Positions 8,054 to 16,000 of a stretch of DNA of 16,848 bases are shown here, piece by piece (positions within the stretch are counted from its first letter, which is position 1; each line of letters starts with the position of its first letter). A program made the translations under genes and the position numbers. The notes under the pieces are model-generated. The model searched no databases. It had not been told where the DNA came from and saw nothing but the letters and a program-made list of their open reading frames with translations. This DNA comes from Promethearchaeota archaeon (lineage in GTDB: Archaea; Asgardarchaeota; Lokiarchaeia; Sigyniarchaeales; SOKP01), in NCBI GenBank assembly GCA_016930515.1, contig JAFGGO010000075.1, positions 1 to 16,848 of the forward strand, written 5' to 3'.

Positions 8054-9439
8054 TTAGAATTGATCGAGATAATAAAATGTGCATAATCTTGAATCAATAA
8101 TGGACTTTAATTGAATGAATTCGTTAGGTGAATGTGCGTGTCCGCCAATCCCTAATCCCCCAACAACAAATTCAACTCCTAAATGGTTTTTGATTTGACT
8201 TAAAGGAGCAGCAGCGGCACTTATTGGCCAGATTTCAGTAGAGACGCCTAATATTTCGAAACTATTGATTAAATTTTTAACAATTATAGATTGCTCCGAT
8301 ATTCTAGAACCGTCGTATCCCATATTTTTTATAAGCTCCACTTTAGATCTTGACCTCGAAGAGAATTTATCCACGATTGCCTTTATCTCTTCAAAAATCT
8401 CGTTTACGGAGATATCGTGAGCAAAACGAATGTCAATATTACTCTTTGCCGAATTGGGAATATTATTTTTAAAACCCTCTCCTAAATAGCCTGCTTTTAA
8501 TGTTGAAATGTTAAATGTAGGACCAAATAAGTATTCAATAAACGCAGCTTTAGGATCTTGAATCGCCAAGCTGTTTATGCCTGCTTTCTTTTTTATTTTT
8601 TGCATGTTGATCATATTTGATAGTTTCTCTATTAAGGAAAGTGTTTCTTTTGAAACATCGTAAGATCGGGCTAGACTTTTAATTTTAAATTTTTGATGTA
8701 AGTAAATCTCGTTGATAAGAGAAATTAAATCCAATATTGGATTTGGGATCAACCCACTAAAAGAAGAGTGTGGTTCGCTGTTATCTGTGCTTATTGTTAT
8801 TGTGATTGACAATATTCCTTTATATCCTAATTTTAAAACGGCTTCGCCTGAAATGTTTTGCTTTGCGGCAGGATAATAAGCGCCAATCACGTCTTTAAAA
8901 ACAGATTTGTGCGTTTTTATGAAGTTAATCAAGGATGGAGATCCCATTTCTTCTTCTCCATCAAATAAAAGTAAAAGGGAAATTTTCAGCTTCGATAGTT
9001 TTTTTAAAAGCTTTAAAACGCTTAAAAAGTTCAATAATGGTGTTTTTGAGTTAAAAGCACCCCTAGAAATCAAGCAATCCCCTAGATCGTTTAATGGTGG
9101 TGAAAGTTGCTTAATTTTTGCTCCAAATGGTTCGCTTATCCATTCTTTCTCGTTGGTTATTGGTTGGGTGTCATACATCATGTAAATTAGAAGTTGTTTC
9201 TTACTTTCTCCATTAACTCGAGCCAATATTAACGGGTTAATATCTCCTTCGATCACTTCAATATTCTCACAAAAATCTGCTATATAAGATAAGATATATT
9301 CCTTAGCGTCATCGATTCCTTTTTTATTTAAAGTATTACTAGGAATTGACAAAAATGGGATTAATTCGTTTTGGATATAGTTCTCGTTGCTTTCTATAAT
9401 TTGCGATACGATCGAATTTTGAGCGTTGTCGTTAACCAT
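8054..9439 (-). CDS. M20/M25/M40 family metallo-hydrolase (dipeptidase/ArgE-DapE-like), divergent active site
   Basis: 'FLSIPS', 'YMMYDTQP', 'WISEPF', 'SRGAFNSK', 'DGEEEMGS', 'LGYKG', 'HSS', 'PTFNI', 'IP..A...IDIRF', 'AHSPNE'. Confidence 0.9.
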   Translation of the reverse strand: MVNDNAQNSIVSQIIESNENYIQNELIPFLSIPSNTLNKKGIDDAKEYILSYIADFCENIEVIEGDINPLILARVNGESKKQLLIYMMYDTQPITNEKEWISEPFGAKIKQLSPPLNDLGDCLISRGAFNSKTPLLNFLSVLKLLKKLSKLKISLLLLFDGEEEMGSPSLINFIKTHKSVFKDVIGAYYPAAKQNISGEAVLKLGYKGILSITITISTDNSEPHSSFSGLIPNPILDLISLINEIYLHQKFKIKSLARSYDVSKETLSLIEKLSNMINMQKIKKKAGINSLAIQDPKAAFIEYLFGPTFNISTLKAGYLGEGFKNNIPNSAKSNIDIRFAHDISVNEIFEEIKAIVDKFSSRSRSKVELIKNMGYDGSRISEQSIIVKNLINSFEILGVSTEIWPISAAAAPLSQIKNHLGVEFVVGGLGIGGHAHSPNEFIQLKSIIDSRLCTFYYLDQF

Positions 9440-9486
9440 AAATAATAAAATTGATTAATTTTATTTAATTTGAACTATTTGTTGTC

Positions 9487-9879
9487 ATGAACGAAAAGAA
9501 GCATTTTATTGATAAAAAGGTTAAAAATTTAGAAGAATCTTTGGAGGAAATAAAACAACGGGGTAATCTTTCGGGTGTGTTGCTTGTTTCTCGAGAAGGA
9601 AATATACTTTCAAATAATTTCGAAGAAGAAATAGATACAACTATTTTTTCAGCAATGTGTGCTTCTGTTCTTGAAAGCGCCGAAACCTTACGGAACATTC
9701 TTGCTGAGGTTAAACCCCCAAAAATCATTACAGAATTGGACGATCGTTCCATTATGCTTATAAGATGTTCAAGCACATTGTTTCTCGTACTTTTCATAGA
9801 TGATAATTCAAATATAGATCCAATTCTCGATACTATAGACGATTATATACACAAAATAATCCTTATATCCTCAACTTGA
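9487..9879 (+). CDS. Roadblock/LC7 domain protein
   Basis: 'GVLLVSREGNILS...IDTTIFSAMCASVLESAETL...KIITEL...IMLI...LFLVLFI' is the roadblock pattern; 130 aa. Confidence 0.88.
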   Translation: MNEKKHFIDKKVKNLEESLEEIKQRGNLSGVLLVSREGNILSNNFEEEIDTTIFSAMCASVLESAETLRNILAEVKPPKIITELDDRSIMLIRCSSTLFLVLFIDDNSNIDPILDTIDDYIHKIILISST

Positions 9880-9957
9880 ATTAATATAGATGGTTTTTAA
9901 TTAGAAAGCGATAAACACCTTTAATTTTGTTAAAATATTTACATTTCATGTCTATTT

Positions 9958-10683
9958 ATGAAGTTAAATAATTCTAAATTCATTACTCGCATCTTTGAAT
10001 GGGATGAGCGAGTAGTGATAAAATATAACTCAAAACGAAATAAGGTTCTAGTTTTTTTTTTAAAATTTATATCATTTTTTGGTAAGGACCCTTTTTGGGA
10101 CCTTTTAATTGCGTTTTATTTGTTAATTTGGTACAATCCAGTTTTATTTTCGTATATTGGAGTCACATTCTTGAATGGTGTTTTGGTGAATCTGCTTGTA
10201 AAGAAATTTACTAATCGAGATCGTCCTTATTTACAACTTGAGAGTGTAAAGACCTTAGAGCGTCCCCCTTCTTCGAAGAGCTTTCCCTCTTGGCACGCAT
10301 ATACTTCTGCAGCTGAAACGCTTGTAATTAGTTATATATTTCATAATCCTATTTTATCGATAGTCTTATTCGTTTTATCGATCCTAATTTGCTTTTCGAG
10401 AATTCAATTAGGTGTTCATTATCCTAGCGATGTAATTATTGGATATGTAATCGGACTTCTTGGTGGTATTATTACGATTGTCATTCTAGGACCACTTATT
10501 CTAAATTTAATTCAATACTTCGAGTCTCTTATCCCACATCTCATATATCACGATAGAATCAACCCCCTTCTTTCGGAACCTTGGTATGCATTAGTTTGTG
10601 TCGGTATATTTGTAGGGTTAATTTTTTATACTATATATAGGACAATAGGAAAACAGAAATTAAAAGAAATCTTGTTGAGATAA
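9958..10683 (+). CDS. PAP2-family membrane lipid phosphate phosphatase (polyprenyl-pyrophosphate phosphatase-like)
   Basis: C1 'KKFTNRDRP' (K-x6-RP), C2 'SFPSWH', C3 'SRIQLGVHYPSD'; several TM helices. Confidence 0.92.
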   Translation: MKLNNSKFITRIFEWDERVVIKYNSKRNKVLVFFLKFISFFGKDPFWDLLIAFYLLIWYNPVLFSYIGVTFLNGVLVNLLVKKFTNRDRPYLQLESVKTLERPPSSKSFPSWHAYTSAAETLVISYIFHNPILSIVLFVLSILICFSRIQLGVHYPSDVIIGYVIGLLGGIITIVILGPLILNLIQYFESLIPHLIYHDRINPLLSEPWYALVCVGIFVGLIFYTIYRTIGKQKLKEILLR

Positions 10684-10696
10684 AGAAGGACGAATA

Positions 10697-11944
10697 TTAT
10701 AATTCTAGTCTTTTTTGCTTTTTAAATAGGACTTTAAGCTCGTCTAGTACTGTAGATCTGGCCATGTCCTCTCTCGTTTGTATGGGTTCTTGAGAAGAAC
10801 TAATTTCTATGGGTATTCCAGATTGTGCTGCTTGGAATCCCACGCTTTCAATTGCCCTCAATCGATGGTCTAGTTCCCTGATCTGAAGGGATATAGATTC
10901 GGAAAGTCTGATTATCGCGTTCATCGTTTCTTCAAGAATCCTTCCCATTCCATCGACTTTTTTATGAACAGGGTCTGCGATAGATCCATGGGCTGTCATG
11001 ACTTCCTTGATGTATTTGGAGAATTTCGGCTCGTTTGAAATTAAGGAAAAGATCGATGTCAGATACATCTCGTATTCTAAAGTGGAATTTTTTTCTTGAA
11101 TGAGCTTGTAAATTTTATCCTTTAAAAGTTCAATATTTAACAATAATTCGGGATCTTGTTTGAGATCGGGATCGTATTTGTGAATATATATCATAGTATA
11201 AGGTTTCTCTTCTAAGAATTGTATGATATCTAGTATATGTCCAAAATATTCCAACGATTCGTCAAATCTTTGCGAATCCTGCACATCAATAACATAAATG
11301 AGTAGATTTACTTGAAGAAAATATTGTTCAGGGTTTTCAATGTATTTTTTTCTATATTCTTTCTGACCTCCAAAATCCCATATGACGAGTTCCATGTTAT
11401 TGGTTTTCACGTTTTGCCTTTGAATGCCTTTTGTTGGCTTTAACGACGCCAAGTCGTTAATCCCAAGCCTCTTTCCAAACTTGGTTAAAATAGCTGTTTT
11501 GCCTGCGTTGTCTAATCCGACTACTACTACTTTTTGACCTGGAAATTCGGCGCCTTCGGAGGTTTCAGGCATTTTATAGATAATTGAGCTAATGGTAATC
11601 GCTTTTTGCATTTCTTTTTCAAGACCTGGAAATTTATTTTTTAGCTCTTCTATTTTTGCCTCAAGTTCTCGTCGCATGTTTGAATCGTCAATTGTATCAC
11701 TGGTCTGATCAAAAACCAGTAACTTTTCGAAAGGATCTTTCTTGTTTAATTTGGCAATCTCGCCAATGTTAGATACCTCAAATAGTTCTTGAATGATTTT
11801 TACTTTTTCTTTATCAAGGAACTTAAAGCTAGAAATCGGCAAGTTCAAGATGTCTTCAATCGTTTTTACTTTCTTGACCTTGCTCGATGTCGTGTCTAAA
11901 AATTTTGTGAATTGAGTAATAATATTGGTGATTTTTGTAGACAT
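10697..11944 (-). CDS. Multidomain Arf/Rag-like small GTPase with an N-terminal helical domain and C-terminal coiled coil
   Basis: G1 GLDNAGKT, G2 PTKG, G3 WDFGGQ, 'YVID', G4 HKYD, G5 TSI; ~135-aa N-terminal and ~110-aa C-terminal extensions. Confidence 0.9.
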   Translation of the reverse strand: MSTKITNIITQFTKFLDTTSSKVKKVKTIEDILNLPISSFKFLDKEKVKIIQELFEVSNIGEIAKLNKKDPFEKLLVFDQTSDTIDDSNMRRELEAKIEELKNKFPGLEKEMQKAITISSIIYKMPETSEGAEFPGQKVVVVGLDNAGKTAILTKFGKRLGINDLASLKPTKGIQRQNVKTNNMELVIWDFGGQKEYRKKYIENPEQYFLQVNLLIYVIDVQDSQRFDESLEYFGHILDIIQFLEEKPYTMIYIHKYDPDLKQDPELLLNIELLKDKIYKLIQEKNSTLEYEMYLTSIFSLISNEPKFSKYIKEVMTAHGSIADPVHKKVDGMGRILEETMNAIIRLSESISLQIRELDHRLRAIESVGFQAAQSGIPIEISSSQEPIQTREDMARSTVLDELKVLFKKQKRLEL

Positions 11945-12022
11945 GAAAAAAACTCTTTTTTTTAATATATTATGTTTATACTACTATTTATGTTATTTGG
12001 ACACGACCATGAAAAGAAAATA

Positions 12023-12053
12023 TCACATATGTGACACTTGTATTTATATAAAT
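12023..12053. promoter_or_regulatory. Palindromic operator-like site plus palindromic TATA element in the divergent promoter region
   Basis: TCACATATGTGA (12023-12034) and ATTTATATAAAT (12042-12053) are both perfect 12-bp palindromes between the divergent GTPase and tfb genes. Confidence 0.5.
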
Positions 12054-12152
12054 TCAATTAAATTTAAATATGTTATAGATTATGTAACAATACTTAGAAT
12101 AAAAAATACTTAATTTTAGTTATCCTTGACTAATAAAGTCCGTTTAATTACG

Positions 12153-13079
12153 ATGTCACCTTCTAATCATGACGACAATATTTTTTTCGAAGAAAAAGAT
12201 CACGCGGAAGAAGAATGTTGTGATTCTCCAAAGATATCTCAAGAGGATGGATTTTATGTTTGCCTAAATTGCGGTTCTGTTTATTCTAGAGTATTAGACG
12301 ATTCTCCCAGAAGGGCCTTCACTCAAGAAGAAATTCAAAAAAGAAAAAGTAATGAACGGGTTTATAGTCCTATAGGGCCACGAACAATCATTCGGGGTAG
12401 TCGTGACGCTCGAGGGACCCTGCTCAGCCCTAAATTTAAATCAAAGTTCAATCGATTGGCGAAAATACACAGGTCGCTAACCACGAGCTACGAAAGAAAC
12501 TTATGGATCGCCCTCCCTAACTTGCAAAGGTTACAAAAGCGTTTGGCAATTCCCGACATAGTCGCTGAAGATGCTCTTCGGATATATACCCAAACTGTAA
12601 AGAAAAAACTCACAATGGGAAGAAGCATTGACACGCTTCTCGCAGCTTCGATCTTTTGCGCATTAAGAGTTCACGGAATTCCAAGAACTGTGGAAGAAAT
12701 CACTTCTGTTGCTCAAATAACAAAGAAAAAAGTGATTAGAAGTTACAGGTTGATATACACCGAGATTCTTCCTAATTTGAATCTTAAGGTCAAACGATTC
12801 ACAGCAGATAGGTATGTGGATAAATTCAACGACGAGCTTCACTTATCCATGAAATGCAGAAATATTGCTGTAAAACTAATCGAGCAAGCTAACGAAAGCG
12901 GTTTCAATTCTGCAGGAAAGGACCCTAAAGGTATTGCTGCTGCTGCGATCTATATAGGATCGAAGATGTGTAATGAAAATCGGACGCAAAAAGAAATTAG
13001 CAAGCTAGCTCAAGTTACGGAAGTCACTTTAAGAATGCGAGTTAAGGATTTGGGTAGATTTGTAAACATGATCAAATAA
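12153..13079 (+). CDS. tfb: Transcription initiation factor IIB (TFB) paralogue
   Basis: Zn ribbon 'CC...VCLNCG', 'RAF' reader, 'ERNL..AL' linker, cyclin repeats 'GRS...LAASIFCALR..GIPRT' and 'GKDPKGIAAAAIY...RTQKEI...VTEVTLRMR'. ATG 12153 is preferred over TTG 12126. Confidence 0.95.
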   Translation: MSPSNHDDNIFFEEKDHAEEECCDSPKISQEDGFYVCLNCGSVYSRVLDDSPRRAFTQEEIQKRKSNERVYSPIGPRTIIRGSRDARGTLLSPKFKSKFNRLAKIHRSLTTSYERNLWIALPNLQRLQKRLAIPDIVAEDALRIYTQTVKKKLTMGRSIDTLLAASIFCALRVHGIPRTVEEITSVAQITKKKVIRSYRLIYTEILPNLNLKVKRFTADRYVDKFNDELHLSMKCRNIAVKLIEQANESGFNSAGKDPKGIAAAAIYIGSKMCNENRTQKEISKLAQVTEVTLRMRVKDLGRFVNMIK

Positions 13080-13088
13080 ATCCGCAGC

Positions 13089-16000
13089 TCAATAGAGATC
13101 GATTTCAGTCATGTTCCTTTCTTCCATAAATAAAGGAAGTACTTCGAGAAGTTCTTTAATTTTTTGAATATATCCGGTTAATTTCCTTTTAAACACTTCG
13201 AGAATAAATAAAACAAGACTTATCTCGTAAGTTTCTTTAACAAGAGGTTTATTTAATCCTAAAGAATTCAAATAAACTTCAATTTTATTCTCAATATCTT
13301 CAATAGAATTTTCAGCTTTCAAGCTTGTTAACACGAATAATAACACTAGCAGGGAGCTTGTTTTAAAATCATTTCTTTTAGAAATTTTTTCAGCTATTTG
13401 TAAATATTTTTTATTAGCTTGTTGAAACTCTTTCCTTTTAAGCAGTAATAAAACATCGTCGTAATAATGTCGTCGCATTGCTGTTCTTTTCTCAAGTAAG
13501 CTTTTAGAATCTGAAAGAACATCTCTCATCTTTAGTTGGAGGTCGTCCAATAATTGTTCTATTTTTAAATTATAATCCGATAACTGTGCTCTTTCCTTTC
13601 GTGAAAGCATTTGTTTTGAATCATCTACTAAATCTACAGCATCTGTATATTGACGGAGAAATTCGATTTCAGGTTCAAATAATATGAGTTTGTCAATAAT
13701 TTGTTTGTAGGACAATCTAATCAATGAATTTGAATGGCTTTCGTGCGCTTTAAAAATGTGCTCCATGAGTAGAATTTCTGCTAAATTTTGTAATTCATTC
13801 CTTTTAATTTTAGGGGTGGTCGATATTTGCCTGTCAAATGTTAAACTAGCAACTCGAACGCTTTTTTCTGTTATTAATATTAAGCATCCCATTATCAAGG
13901 AAATGGCCGCGTGTTTATATAGATCTTTTGAAGCAAGTTCGTTAAATGTATCTAAGTAAATAATTGATGCACTTGTTAGATTTCCTTCTGAAAGTTGTTC
14001 TAATGCTTTTTCCCAATAATCTTTTTTCATTAAATTTCTTTTTCCAACATCTCTCTTGGTGTTTTCTATCTTATCGGCGTAATTTCTGATATTTTTTTCA
14101 ATATCACTAATATTGACGATTTTTTCTATTGTTTTTTCTTCTTGTTCATGAACTCTTTTTCGACCTAAATGATCGTAAAGAACATCTAATTCTTCGTCAA
14201 AAAGCGGTAAACTTTCTAGGAATAACGCTGCTTCTTCGTATTTTAAGTTCTCATTGATATTTTTCATATCCATGAGATAATTAATTAATATAACAGGAAA
14301 AGTCTCGGTAAATAATTTATTGCTAAATAATTCATTTTCTTCTTCAAAAAGATTACTGATATCGTTTATTTTATTTTGTTTAAAAAGTAAAAGACACGAC
14401 ATGGCAAAAGACACGGCAGCTAAATTATACCTGTTAATGATCAAAAGCCGCTTAGTACTATTTAAATATGATTCAATAGCCTTCTCAAAATCTTTATTTT
14501 TTAGGTAATTTAATGCGTCCTTGAAATAAGCTCTTTTTATCCCAGTTCTTTTTTTCAATTCGTTAACCTTGTCATGTAATGCGTCTCGTGCTTTTTTTTC
14601 TATAATTGAAAACCTTTCTTTTAAAAATTCTCCCTTAATTGAATCTTTTGCGATTCTTGCTGCCTCAGCGCTTTTTTCGGATTCCTTATGAGCAATTATT
14701 TTATGAATTTCCTTTTTTATTTCCTTGTCCTCTATTTTATCGTTACAAACATTTGCAGAGGCTAAATCGTTTAACTCGTAAATATATATTTCGGCTATTT
14801 GCTTGTAAATGTCATCAAAATTAACCTTAAATTTATCTAAATAAGCTGAAGTAATAGTAAGGATTTTTTTTATTATTCCTAAAGCGAGATTAATTCCCTT
14901 TAAATTACGATTTTCTGATACGATCTTTTTTCCTTCCTCTTCTAAAAGTCTTATGAAAATCTCGCTAATTTGTTTTGATTCCTCGTATAGATCGTGAGTT
15001 CTATAGATTGTGATTGATTTTTCGAAAATCATTAAAATATCGTCAAAATCTTTTCCACTTTTAATCTCTTTTAATTGAGCGATAAAACTAGGGTACACGC
15101 GTACTAGATATGCTTTTTGTAAATCTTCGTTTAAAAAAGAAAAATACTCAAAAAATTCGTTATAATATTTACCTTCTAATAATATATCCATGCTTTTTGC
15201 TAGAATCTGGCTTTCAATTTTAGATTTCCCTATTTCTCGAAGGAAATCTGCTTGGGTTTTAATATGAAGGGCTGCTTTTAACCAATCGTTTTGTTCTATA
15301 AAAGAATTTGCTTGTTCTATCTTTTTAGAGTTCATTTGTGCAATAATGTCCATCTCTGCTTGAAAAAATTCGTTTAAAACCTCTATTCCTGTCTGAATAT
15401 ATTCCTGTTGTTCTTTTTTGACGAATTTCTTATTTTCCTCCTCTTTTTTCAGGTTGTATTTATTTAATTGCTTTTTTAGATCCATTGATTCGAGTTTATT
15501 GATTAAAACTCCCGCCATGCTAAAATCCAATTTTTCAATAGCTAACGTGATTAATTTTTCAAGTAAATTATCATAATTCGTCTTTTTTATCTTAAAAGAA
15601 TCCCAAATATTTTCGATTTCGTCAAAGGTTTCTTTAGCAAGTAAAAAGGTCCTCGAAGATATGGCTTCTTCGTAAATCTTTATAAGTACTTCTAATAATT
15701 TTACAACAAATATTTTAAGATGTTCAAATAAACTCTCTTTTTGAAATCTGAATATTGCGTAGTAAAGTTGTTCCTTGGCATCAATGAAATTTCCGTTTGA
15801 AATTAAGAAATCCGCAGCAGCATTAATTTTACTAGCAAGATTTTCGAGTAAAGGAACAATATCCTGATGTGGCAATCTTTCAAGAATTAAAAAAGCTTTT
15901 TCCACTTGACAGGCAGAAATCCAAGCATTTATGGCTAATTCAAACGCAGATTTAACGATTCGCTTGTCGTTTAGTTCAATTGAAGCCCATTGTCCTGCGC

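Noticed and set aside
8907-9797. ORFs 8907-9185 (+) and 9465-9797 (-)
   Set aside because: Antisense to the M20 and roadblock genes.
11925-12113. 62-aa ORF across the divergent promoter
   Set aside because: AT-rich low-complexity translation overlapping the GTPase start and the promoter elements.
13756-14824. Three short plus-strand ORFs
   Set aside because: Antisense within the 1243-aa CDS.
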